Source: Octopus vulgaris
Lineage: Eukaryota
Reading direction: 5' to 3'
Assembly: GCA_951406725.2 (NCBI GenBank)
Contig: OX597829.1
Coordinates: forward strand, 36,828,001-36,892,000
DNA length: 64,000 nt
The notes beneath the pieces were generated by a model. It saw nothing but the letters and a program-made list of their open reading frames with translations, had not been told where the DNA came from and did not search any database. Made by a program: the position numbers and the translations under genes. How positions within the stretch are numbered: the stretch's first letter is position 1; every line of letters begins with the position of its first letter. Of this stretch, positions 36,491 through 48,599 are shown in pieces.

Positions 36491-37990
36491 GTTTGGCTAC
36501 GTTTGAACATTCCCGTTGCCTGTCACTTCCACTTGGCCAACCATTCTTCCTCTAACATCTCCGTCTTTGGCCTTGCTCTACACCATGGATCCACACACTC
36601 AAGGCTCCGCCTGGAACAGCGCTATATCTTTAATTTACAGACAACTATCCCCCACGGACTAATCACAACCCCCTCCTCCTAATGACTGCCTCTACACCTC
36701 CCGTAACAAGCAACTTAATTTCTTTTCTCATTTTTCATTTTTACTTGTAATTGCGCCATTTATATTGAATTAACTTCCTTATCTCCTTTCAACTTTGATT
36801 TTTATATTTTTTTGTTTTTTTATTGTTTTTATTTCTATATGCACGCACGCACACACATACGTACGTATCCACATATACCTCCCACACACATACACATGCA
36901 TACATGCACACACACACACACCCACGCCTACACATGCACAAACGTACACATATGCACAGGAATGTACAGATACCTATCCCACACGACCCCATGTACACAC
37001 AGACACACAATCACGTACACATACTCAAGTACACGCGCCTACACGCAACAACCTGACACACGCAAGCACATACACACATACGCACACACCAGCACAGGTT
37101 TGCACATATACCTCCAACACACAATACACATACAAACACAATTATACACACATGGGCACAAACACATGCACACAAGCACACGTGTGCACATATACACCTA
37201 CACAAACCCCCCACAACCCATGCACACACACATACAAATGCAATATATGCATACACATACACACACGCATACACATTTAGACACAGGCACACATACCTAA
37301 CACTCACAACCCCACGCATACACATATATACACCCACATATGCACACGACACGCACATACACACAAACACACACACACGCAAATGAACCCACACATACCT
37401 TCCATACCCACAGCACACAATTATACATACATGTATACACACATACAAGCACACACGCACACATACACAAAGTAAAATACAGTTACTCCCCACACACACA
37501 GCCCCTACGCATACACACACGAACACACACACACACTTCAAACTACCAGTATCTTCTACTGACCATTCTCCTACACACATGTGTGGGTAGACACACAATA
37601 GGAGCCACTCCTATTATAAATTCTTCCTATGACCTTAAACAATACTAAGCCCAACCACACACAGATAAACAGCCACAACCACAGACACACGTGCTATCAT
37701 TACACACACACAGACCTTCGTGCACGCACATACACACACATACCTCCTTCTCTTGCACTCTCCTGTCTTTGAAAGAACTTTTTCTTCACCCATTCCCTTC
37801 CAGCCATTCATCGTTGGCGATTTTTTTTCTCTGTCTTCCCTTCCTTGGATCTTTCTTTTTTCTATGTTTCTGATGAAGATCTCCGCTCGAAACGTTAAAT
37901 CCTCCTCCTTTCTTTCCTTTCCTGAGCGTCCAATAACACTTTACTTGTTCCACGTCCTTACATTGTTGTGTTTTCATGTTTGGATTAACT
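36491..37990 (+). mobile_element. 5'-truncated Penelope-like (Neptune-type) element: GIY-YIG C-terminus, CA-rich 3' region, hammerhead-like motif
   Basis: PVACHF..NHS..ISVFGL..RLRLEQRYIFNLQTTIPHGL; ~900-bp degenerate (CA)n; CTGATGA..GAAAC at 37870-37893. Confidence 0.7.
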
Positions 37991-38009
37991 ATGTATGTAT
38001 GTATGTATA

Positions 38010-38066
<57 letters not shown>

Positions 38067-38233
38067 ATGCGTACGGGTTGTGTGTGTGTATGCGTACGGG
38101 TTGTGTGTGGGGGAGTAATTGTACTTTGTGTATGTGTGCTTGTATGAGCGTATGTATGTATACATGATATATATATATATATGTGTGTGTTTATATGTGT
38201 GTGTATATGTATATGTGTGAGTGTATATATATG

Positions 38234-38266
<33 letters not shown>

Positions 38267-38374
38267 GTACTGGAGTAAGCACATAAATGTGAAACAAGGT
38301 GGAAAAAAGAGTACTCAAATACCATAGGTAGTTATATGCTTTATTCAAAAGCTTTTGTATATATATGCACACAC

Positions 38375-38804
38375 ATAAAAAAGCAAATAAGTAACAAGGA
38401 TGCCCAAGTATCAGTGCATTACAGCCGTTTCAAGTGGCTCCATTTAATCGATCAATGTAAGCATTACATCAATTTGAAATAAACTGCTCTCCTTAGATGC
38501 ATACGGCCATATAGATTTCCAACACACAGGATACTCCATTATAATTTTTTAGCACATTTTTCATCATTTTGCTACAATAATTCCAAGAAGAAGCAATGTA
38601 TTTTAGTCTCTAGTACTGATGAAAATTTTGCTAAAAAATTATAATGGAGTATCCTGTGTGTTGGAAATCTATATGGCCGTATGCATCTAAGGAGAGCAGT
38701 TTATTTCAAATTGATGTAATGCTTACATTGATCGATTAAATGGAGCCACTTGAAACGGCTGTAACGCACTAATACCTGAACATCCTTGTTGATTTGCTTT
38801 TTAT
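38375..38804. repeat. Long inverted repeat (~190-bp arms, 50-nt loop)
   Basis: Arms 38375-38566 and 38617-38804; about 135 bp appear perfectly complementary. Confidence 0.95.
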
Positions 38805-39440
38805 TGACCTAACTTCAAGCTGTGCAGACAATACTGGACAGACTTGGTTCCACGATGTAAGCACCTAATTCAACTGAATCTTAATTATTTCTATACTCAC
38901 ACACACACACATATATATATATATGAGTGAGTGGACAAATGAAAGAAGGGCACTCAACACATTTATTGGGAGTTACACATTTGATTCAAATTTCCAATGG
39001 CTAAGGATTAGCATCATGCTTTGAAACTTGAAGTACCAAGGAATTTGAATCCAACTGTTTTGATCTATACATATGTGTGTGTAATCATGTACTTGGATAA
39101 CCATTGACTCACATGAGTTCATGTACCCTTTACCAGGTCTTGCTTTTTATCCCAATGAGTGTCACTGTACAGCAAGACAGAAGAAGAGTATTGATCCCCC
39201 TTGCTTGCTTGTACTAAATTCATAAATTCCGTGTGTGTGTGTGTAAATATTTTCGTGTTTCCCAGTTATTCAGTTTTGTTGTTATCTAGTTTATCTGCTG
39301 CAAGATCCGTATTTTTGTTCATCTGTCAGAACTGGATCGCAAACTTAATATATAGTTCTTAACACTTTGCAATTAAGGTTTCCCTTTATAATCTCTCTTT
39401 GTCTTTTACTGAATGTAAGTTTATTTTTGGTTTCTTGTAG

Positions 39441-39557
39441 ACAAAACTCCATGATACAGTTTGTGATAAAAGACAAGCAGCAACTATAGCAACCCATGAC
39501 ATGTCCAAACTAAAAGCTCCTCTTGTGTTTGATGCTAAGGTTCCTGCTAAAATCAAG
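39441..39557 (+). CDS. LRRC47: LRRC47 exon 2
   Basis: tttcttgtAG|ACA..AAG|GTAAGT; TKLHDTVCDKRQAATIATHDMSKLKAPLVFDAKVPAKIK resembles vertebrate [20 protein letters not shown]. Confidence 0.93.
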
Positions 39558-39779
39558 GTAAGTTGATTTATTCCTTGAATTATATTGGTTTGAGTATGTT
39601 GTCAACCTTGGTGGCTCTGTGAAAACCCACAATATATCTAGCTGTTCCTGTAAAAAGGAGGCATAAAAAAATGTCAAATTTAGCCTGAGTACCCTGTACA
39701 TACATGCTTAGCACAATATACTCTGTATAACTTCAGATATAATATACATAGTATAAATTTAAACATCTGTTTTGCCATG

Positions 39780-41130
39780 TCTGAACACATGAGTAGGTCT
39801 TCTCACACATCATGTACTGCCACCATCTGTCTTCAATCAGTGCTTCATCTTTTTCTTCCTTAGTCTCCCTATTCCACAGGTTCTATATACTTTGAGCACA
39901 TCATACATCTTTATATTTTCTTTGCATACGGCTGTTCTCCATATGTATTATATCTTCTCTATTGCACACTGTATCTGATTTCTCTAATATTCAGATTTTC
40001 TCTTAGCTCATTTGCACTCTGTTGGTGATGCATGCTAGTGTTGCACTTTCCAGTGAAACATGCTTGCTTCATTTCTTTATGGCTTCTGCAGATCTGTGTT
40101 CAAGACCTACATCTCAATATCATGAATCTTCCTACTCCATACACAAGCATCATGGGCAATCTACTTTTCACTTTAAAGCAGAAACCCTTTGTTTACTAGT
40201 TAAGGTAATAGCAGCATACTGAATTTCTTCCAACTCTGGTCACTTTGCTCTCAGAACAATCCCCTCAACACTACTGCTTAGTTCTTTTAGGTAATAGAAA
40301 CTATTGTCCTTTTCTAGACATCCATCTGGGCATTAGATTGTGTCTACTTCATAACTGCTCTTAACATTTGCTGCCCTGCGTACCGTTATATGTAAAGTTT
40401 ACTGGCAGAAACGTTAGCGCGCCGGGCAAAATGCTTAGCGGTATTTCGTCTGTCATTACATTCTGAGTTCAAATTCTGCCGAGGTCGACTTTGCCTTTCA
40501 ACCTCTCGGGTCGATAAATAAAGTACCAGTTTCGCACTGGGTCGATATAATCGACTTAATCCCTTTGTCTGTCCTTGTTTGTCCCCTCTATGTTTAGCCC
40601 CTTGTGGGTAGTAAAGAAATATATATGTAAAGTTTACCTTACTTCTAATCCCACAACAATTTTGTGCATTCACAGCTTACACTGGCTACAGCATATAGAA
40701 CTTTTAGCTACTACCATTAAGTAAATTATTTTGCTAGATATATTGAACGAGGGTCTTTTTTTCCCTAATTAGTAATGTTTTAGTATTTGCTGAATTCACT
40801 TTGGGCCCTCCTGATTCCGAGTTTTGTTTCCAATTGTGGAATTTTATTTCTAATTCTACTATAGATTTAGCAATAAGAGCTGAGCCATCATCATAAAGAA
40901 GCTCCTACAGGTAGCCAGTCTTAAATTCCTCTTTGGTGGCCCAGTGTATCCCCACCTTCACACTCAGTTCATTATTGTATATATTACTTACATTCACCTT
41001 GCTAACTGTATCCCTGTACATGACTTACAAGCTATTTGTCTCCAAGCTTTATCAGTGATCATCAGATCAAAGTGAGGAATCCTACCTAAGGCTTCTTAGT
41101 CAACAAGGTATAGGTCCCTTCCTGATATGA
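39780..41130 (-). mobile_element. Heavily decayed RTE LINE interrupted by a SINE
   Basis: Relics of ELLYDDG (YADD region, about 40885-40905), FYYL (about 40290) and GFCFKV. Confidence 0.6.
40403..40621 (+). mobile_element. tRNA-derived SINE with 16-bp TSD
   Basis: Same family as 12425; tatatgtaaagtttac duplicated at 40387-40402 and 40622-40637. Confidence 0.9.
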
Positions 41131-41243
41131 TGATGATGACGATGACACAGTCAAGTTTCATGTGCCATTTCAGATACCATTGCATTATTTTGTTCTCATT
41201 CTAGCCAAATGTTTCATAATTTTAAATTTATTTTTATTTTTAG

Positions 41244-41362
41244 TTAATTCCTCTGTTTGGTAAGGAAGAGGTTGATGCACATAGCCTTGTTTCATCTTTG
41301 AGAAAAGAAGCTGATGAAATTCGTAAAGAGAAGAAAAGAAACAAACTTAGTGGTGTGCATAA
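41244..41362 (+). CDS. LRRC47: LRRC47 exon 3
   Basis: tttttAG|TTA..AA|GTATGT; LIPLFGKEEVDAHSLVSSLRKEADEIRKEKKRNKLSGVH(K); ends in phase 2. Confidence 0.92.
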
Positions 41363-42049
41363 GTATGTATTTTATTTAGTTATTTATTTCCTATTATTGA
41401 TAAAAATATATGGTAAACAGTTATGATATGAGAATGTGGGGACAGATATTTAATTTGTTAACAGGAAAGTGAGAGTGAGATTCAACAACACTCAGTAGTT
41501 ACTTGCCTCATTGCAAGCAACAGTATGTCTCTAACCTTTTATTTGTTTCAGTCATTAGACTGCAGCCATACTGAAGAGTGTTAGTCAAATGAATGCACCC
41601 CAGTGCTTCTTTTAAAGCTTGGTATTTATTCTATTGGTTTCATTTACTGAAACGCTAAGTTACAGGGGTGTAAACAAACTACACCGGTTGTGAAGTGGTA
41701 TGGGTGACAAACAGAAACATAAAACAAGCACACATGAGTGAGACTAAGTTTAATGAGCAATGAAGTACCTCAACCAGTTATTTAGAATCTCATGTGTGAG
41801 GGTCTAGTGCATAATGGGTTGAAATGATTGTTGTGATTAATAAAGAATTTACTAAATTTCATTTTCTCTTTTGCTCATTTGTACACACACACACACACAC
41901 ATATATATATATGTATGTACAAATCAAATCACCCACCTTCTATAATAAGGAGATTAGTAAAAAACATATCTATTAGAATATCAAGGCTATCAACAAATTA
42001 AGAAAATTTTAAAACACTAAAAATGTACAGAAAATAGGCCATCAACTAC

Positions 42050-42817
42050 CATGGAAGTAAGCTAGAGTTGGTAGATAGCTTCTGTTACCTAGGTGATCAT
42101 GTTAGTAGCAGAGATGGATGCTCGGAGAACATAGCTGTCAGAATAAGATTAAGCTGGGCAAAGTTTAGAGAGCTCCTGCCTCTGCTGGCAACAAAAGGCC
42201 TCTCTCTCAGAGTGAAAGGCAGATTGCGTGATGCCTGTGTGTGAACAGCTGTGCTACGTAACAGTGAAACATGGGCTGTGACAGCCAAGGATATGCATAA
42301 GCTTGAAAGAAAAAAGCTAGTATGCTTCGCAGGATGTGCAATGTCAGTGTACATGTTCAACAGAGTGTAAGCATTTAAAGAAAAGTTAGGCATAAGAGAT
42401 ATCAGATGTAGTGTGCAAGAGAAACGAATGCGCTGGTGTGGTCATGTGATGCGTATGGAGGACAGTTGTGTAAAGAAGTGTTGGTCCCTAACTGTGGAGT
42501 GAACCTGTGGGATGAGGTGGTGAAGCATGATCTCTGAACTTTGGGCTTCACAGAGGCAATATGCTGTGCTTGAGAAGACCGATCAGGCCAAGTAAAACCA
42601 CAGTTGTGGCAGATACTGGTGTCATGCAAATGGCACTCATGCCAGTGGCATGTAAAAGCACCCATTACATTCTCAGAGTGGTTGGCATTAGGAAGGACAT
42701 CCAGCTGTAGAAACCATGCCAAAATAGACTAGAGTCTGGTGCAGCCTTCCAGCTTGCCAGCCCTGCTCAAACCGTCCAACCCATGCTAATATGGACAATG
42801 GATGTTAAATGATGATG
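42050..42817 (+). mobile_element. RTE LINE 3' fragment with tail
   Basis: FCYLGD..WAKFRELLPLL..GLSLRVKGRL..SETWAV; ends gatgttaaatgatgatg. Confidence 0.85.
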
Positions 42818-42999
42818 GTAATAAATGGTCTAATTTTATTGACAAGGGAGAAGACTCCCAACTGTGAGCAAGATGCATTCGATTAGCATGATAATTTTGT
42901 ATAGGAAATTAATACTCATCAGAAATACTCACTCCATCACATACACACACTCATACATATACATGTACATGCACACACATATAGTAAAGTGAAAGTCCA

Positions 43000-43232
43000 T
43001 TCACTCATGATTGCTAGATTGTGGGTTCAATTTCCTGACTGGATGACACATTGTATTCTTGAGCAAAACACTCCATTTCACATAGCTCCAGTCCCCCTTT
43101 CAGTCAGGGGGAATGTTGGCCTGCTTGCCTAGTCAGTGGGGTAGTGTCATTTGAAGGCTAAAACAATGCAAAAGTGCATTGTGACCAGCATTGTATAACA
43201 ACATCAGAAAGCCTGGTTAATAATGTGGTCAC
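43000..43232 (+). mobile_element. Degenerate SINE
   Basis: B-box-like gggttcaatt followed by cttgagcaaaacact; head resembles the element at 52150. Confidence 0.5.
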
Positions 43233-43597
43233 ATGATATATATATATATATATATTATTCATGGGTGTGTATTTTTTATTAACTTTATTATAATGTATTT
43301 ATTTCTGTTGTTAAAAACCATAAGAAGTGTATATATAAAGAAAAACATATATGTATTATTTTCTTTATTATATTATATAATAAGAACATATATAAGAAGT
43401 ATATATCTGTACATATATAAACAGATATATGAGTGTAAAAAAATATACAGTAATGTTGAATAGACTTTGAACTCAACATATACTAATAGTGTTTGAAATG
43501 TGAAAGAATACGATTCACTATGCACAAACTGAAACTAAGGTTTGGTTATTAGCATAAAACCATAAGAAATGTCTAGCAGCTTTAGAGAGGTATTTTT

Positions 43598-44200
43598 AAT
43601 CATCATCATTATTTAACGTCCGCTTTCCATGCTAGCATGGGTTGGACGATTTTGACTGAGGGCTGGCAAACCAGATGGCCGCACCAGGCTCCAATCTTGA
43701 TCTGGCAAGGTTTCTGCAGTTGGATGCCCTTCCTAACGCCAACCACTCCGAGAGTGTAGTGGGTGCTTTTTATGTGTCACCAGCACGGGCGCCAGTCAGG
43801 TGGTACTGGCAACGACCTCACTCGAATCTTTTTACACGTGCCAGTGAAGCGCTGTTGGTAACGATCACGCTCAAATGGTGCCCTTTTACGTGTCACGGGT
43901 ACGGAAGCCAGTTGGCTGCTCTGGCAACGATCACACTCGGATTAGCACCCTACTAGCACATGCATAAGTGCCAGTAAGGCAACACTGGTAACGATTGTAC
44001 TCGAATGGTGCCCTTTTACGTGTCACGGGTACGGAAGCCAGTTTGGCTGCTCTGGTAACGATTGTACTCGAATGGTGCCCTTTTATGTGTCACTGGCACG
44101 GAAGCCGGTTAGCTGCTCTGTCAATGATCACACTTGTATGGTGCTCTTTTGGTGCTCTTTGCATCCCGCTAGCATGGATGCCAGTCATCAAATTGATTTT
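43598..44200 (-). mobile_element. RTE 3' end / derived SINE with ~60-bp tandem units
   Basis: (CAT)n-tttaacgtccgc terminus; repeated cgaatggtgcccttttacgtgtcac. Confidence 0.85.
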
Positions 44201-44599
44201 AATCAAGAATGAGAACTAGATTAGACAACATCTCTAAACTGTGTAAAGCTTGAATAAATGTATAATGTTGTGAGAATTTTGACACTATTACCATTTTACA
44301 TCTGTTTTTCCATGCTTGCATTGGCTTGGGCATTTCTCTCAAACCATTCATTTACACTTAATTTTTTTTTTTTTAGCAGCCATTAAACTACATAGTTGGG
44401 TACCTTGTTAGAATTCTTCTGGATATCATCAACGTAAATAGTGTTGTTTACTCTTAAGAATTTCTTTTATATTGGCTCACTAGGAAGAGGCTGTTTGCAG
44501 TGTGCCTTCTTGGCACAAGTCCAAACTGTCTCATCTATGTAATTGTTTTTGATAATTAGTTATGTTATAACATTTTCTGATACTTTCATAATTTAGTCC

Positions 44600-44843
44600 A
44601 TCAGTTTGAAGCCACAGCTCTTAGGAATAAAAACCTGGCTGATGACAGTCAAGGCTGATCTGGAACCCAATCTAGGCCCCCATATCTACAGCGTTCGCCG
44701 CTGGAATAAGGAGTGGTTGGAGATCACGCGGTCGTTAGCCTCAAATTGCCAGGCCTGGTTGGCGTTTGTGAGAGATGCAGCATTGAGGATGAATAAAGCC
44801 AGCACAACCCACCCCGGGTGAATGCTGTGTCAAGTCAAGTCAA
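44600..44843 (+). mobile_element. 3' end of a second RTE-type family with (CAAGT)n tail
   Basis: KTWLMTVKADLEP..RRWNKEW..LASNCQAWLAFVRD; tail gtcaagtcaagtcaag. Confidence 0.65.
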
Positions 44844-45603
44844 GCCACAGCTCTTGCTTTTTATTAAAATATCTCTTGCATTGTTATAGCAGTTTAATGA
44901 ATGATGCTGTAATGCCAGTCATTGGGAATGATCCATTGTTGTTGCAAGTGACTGTAGGTCATATTTCAGCAGATATTTTCAGAATCTCATCAACTATACT
45001 GTTAGTCAAACTACTTTTCCTGCCTTCAAATCCTTAATGTTCATTTTTGACTGTAAACCTGTCAATTTCAGCAGCTTCTCTTCCTTTAGAGTTTACATAG
45101 AATAGTTCTCTTTTTAGTAACCTCTCGCAGACTCACTGAAAAATCAAGAGTGGTTATTTACAATGACCTAACTTAAACTAAAGGTTCTGGACCGTACAAA
45201 TGGCTTGTTGAAAGTAGGAAATAAATTGTTACATTATTCATAAGTACAACAGAGGAGGCGTTATTTAAGAGAATTGTTATTTCAACTCCCTTTGCTTATG
45301 AAACAGGCTGCTAAAGCAAAGGATCTGGTACTGGATGGAATTTATTTCTATATGATCCATTGAATGTGTGATGTAAAGTATGAATACAAGGATGTTAGGG
45401 AAGAGGGAGAACATCAGAGACTCTTGAATGAAGTGAACAATGAGGACAACTAATTTGAGTGTGTGATATATGTTACATGTAAATGACAATATTAGAAGTT
45501 CAAAAGTACAAGGAGTATATAGATGTAAATTAAACTGTAAGCTACACAGGTGTGATGTCACAAGATTGATACATGTTAAAACAAAACTGCTAATAAATGT
45601 TGA

Positions 45604-45774
<171 letters not shown>

Positions 45775-45825
45775 TAGATTTGAAGGATGTCATGGGATGT
45801 CATGTCATAAATAGATTTTTTTTAC

Positions 45826-46046
45826 CAGAGGTGGGCACTGTTAATTAAAGTTAACTTTGTTAATCTATTAACCAAAAGTTACCATTAACTTTTACTGAAA
45901 AAAAAGGCATAACTACAGTTTAATACCCCACCAACTTTGTTGACTCATAACTTCCAGAAAAATGTATAGTTTTTAACAAAAGTTCCACCAAATAACTGCT
46001 TATATCGTGTTGATTGAGTATATGTAAAGACTTGTGCCCAGCTCTG
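45826..46046. mobile_element. hAT-type MITE
   Basis: TIRs cagaggtgggcac / gtgcccagctctg; 8-bp TSD ttttttac / tttttgac (7/8). Confidence 0.7.
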
Positions 46047-46377
46047 TTTTTGACTATATATTAACAAAGTTGCAGCACCAGTTTGTATTAAGTTTTATCA
46101 TTTATATGGCTGAATGTTCTTAATGTTTTTAATTGTGGGAAATAAGGAGATATGAAAGGATAGCAATATCTAGAAAACATTTACAAATTATCTATTATAA
46201 AAAAATATTTCTATCAATCCTGAGTTATGAGCAAGGAAAAGAATATATACTTTTCAAGCTCATTTCATCAAAATATGTCACTATAATTCTATTGTTGATA
46301 ATCACCAAAATTCAGCCATTTTCTTGTATTCTTTGAAATATCGAAAAGACTGCATATTTAAAATACTTAAATTATTT

Positions 46378-46526
46378 TTCATTTTTGGATTTGGTTTGTA
46401 AGATTCTTTATGTGAGTTCGTGTGTTGAAGCATATTCTATTGTGTCTGGGGAGAATCATTTTCTTTTTGTGCCTTATTATGTAACACACTCACCTGTAAA
46501 ATTTCCACATTTTTCTTATTTTTATT
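46378..46526 (+). repeat. Interspersed repeat copy abutting the LRRC47 exon 5 acceptor
   Basis: Near-identical to 18406-18543 (catttttggatttggtttg..acacactcac..ttttcttatttttatt). Confidence 0.85.
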
Positions 46527-46542
46527 GTCTTTTGTCTTTAAG

Positions 46543-46815
46543 ATTTCTCCCGAAACTAGTGAAATTCTTGTTGAAGTGACAAGCTCCCGAAGTTTACCAA
46601 TTTGCAAAAGTGTAATGAATACCTTGTTGATGGAAATTCTCAATTTAGGAGTTGGAGATCTGCTTGAAGGTGACCATAGTTCTGGTGACAAAGAACCGAA
46701 TTACAAGCTAATTGTTCAGCAAGTACGTGTCCTGAATGAGGATAGTTCTCTGTATGCTGTCTACCCATCTCAGGTAGACATCCAAGAAGACAGCATACAG
46801 GTGATACGAGAATAA
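46543..46815 (+). CDS. LRRC47: LRRC47 exon 5 (last coding exon)
   Basis: tctttaAG|ATT; ISPETSEILVEVTSSRSLPICKSVMNTL..LIVQQVRVLNEDSSLYAVYPSQVDI; TAA at 46813-46815. Confidence 0.93.
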   Translation: MSPETSEILVEVTSSRSLPICKSVMNTLLMEILNLGVGDLLEGDHSSGDKEPNYKLIVQQVRVLNEDSSLYAVYPSQVDIQEDSIQVIRE

Positions 46816-47143
46816 AAGTGAGAAGCTGGTTGTTAACTTGAGCTAATATTTTTGTTAACTTGGATATTACAATGAGTAATAAGTTAGGTGCTTTGTGTGT
46901 GTGTGAGTAAACATACACATGTATGAAAGTAAATACACACTAACAGAATTGAATTATTTTATTCCTGTTGACAGTTTTAGTGTTCAGATATCCAACAAGA
47001 TGTTATTCAGATTTCAGCCAAATTGTAATGTCACTTTGACTATAGGAAAGAAACTATCCATTTGTAGATCTTAAAAACAGAGAAGCCATTTCACAAAGCT
47101 CTCTACTTTATACTGTTATGGTACAAGAAGTATGTACGTGGTA

Positions 47144-47149
47144 AATAAA
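47144..47149 (+). promoter_or_regulatory. Candidate LRRC47 polyadenylation signal
   Basis: AATAAA followed by gtgtgtcttgtc; another AATAAA overlaps the stop codon (46811-46816). Confidence 0.45.
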
Positions 47150-48599
47150 TGAAAATGTGTGTCTTGTCTACAATCCATACACATAATTTTATTTTTCACT
47201 TATTATATGTATTTATCATTACCTCATTGTAGTTATTGTCGTCACTTCCCCACATTTAAAAATAATAATCAAAATATCTATCCACTAGTTAGGTTTCAAA
47301 TAGAATTGGAAACACGACATATTTTGCTTCAATAAAAATAGTAGCTTCCACATTCTTGCAGTTAACAGATATCATTTGGAAATTTTCTGAATTAAGTGTA
47401 CTATTTCCCACATATTCCATATATCATCAAGTATTCGAATTTGGTTTAATGTTTTCACTTTGGTTTATAAAATGCTATCTGCTATTTAGGTTGTTTTTGG
47501 GCCTTGGTTTAGGAAAGCTGACTATTTTGAGCTTATTGAAATTGTATCATCATCTAACTGGTATCTCATTGCATGTTGTTTGAAGCATTTCTCCCATTTT
47601 GTATTTATTATAATTTTCAAGTATAATAAATAACCTTGAAGATAATACTGTCTTCTCACTGAAGTTGTATTGTCATCCATCTTAAAATTTATCTGAATTA
47701 AATTTATATTGATCCAACATATACATTTTCTTTTCTAATGATAGAATGGAGAATCCCTATTATATATTTGTATCTAAATAGAAGTAGCTGTTCTCCAAAA
47801 CATAAAAAATTATTGTTACAGCACAAACAAGGAAAAAATTAAAATTAGTACTTTTATGCAAGAATCAAATTTACACTTTAAAATATTACTCGAACTATAT
47901 AACTTGGTTACACTAATCTATCTTGAGCTTATTGAAGAATAGAGGTCCCACACAATTCATAGTGCTAGGAATGCACAGACATGGAATAATAGATGTAAAA
48001 TAGTAAATATGTGAATGGACTTGGAATTGTACTGTGTTTGTTTACTTTACTAAGTTCTATTCCTATTTCAAATATTGGTTTGTTTTTCTACAACAATTCC
48101 TTATGATGTTCATCGGAAGTACTACAACATCGTCAAGCTTTTAAGATTAACTCGTGGTATTTTACTAATTAAAAAGAAGATTATTAAGATAGTACTTAAA
48201 ATATGACTATAGGTACTGTTATCGACAAGAAAATTTATTAATTCCATTCCTAAGCTTTTAATGCCAGTTCATGATTTTGAGAATAAAAACGTTTTTTTTT
48301 TAAAGTCAAATTATGAAAATACTGCATATAAAAAGGTAAGCTATTTGCTTGAAAGTTCTTGAAATCTGATTATCTAATCTTACTGTATTTCTGAACATTT
48401 ACTCAAGTTGCCAATCATCTCTAATCTTCAGTACAGCAAATGTATTATGATGTAATTTCATAAATATTAAAGTTTACATGATAGTTAATGTGTTTGACTT
48501 GTCTTTCAAATTACCAAGAAACATTGAAAATCTTTACAAATCCTTTTTTTAAATTTGTCTTTGAATGTTTCTTTTTTTTATTTTAAATATTTTCTTTAA

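Noticed and set aside
43780-44140. Repeat-spacer appearance resembling a CRISPR array
   Set aside because: Eukaryotic context, spacers are homologous to each other, no cas genes; it is the tandem array of the RTE 3' region.
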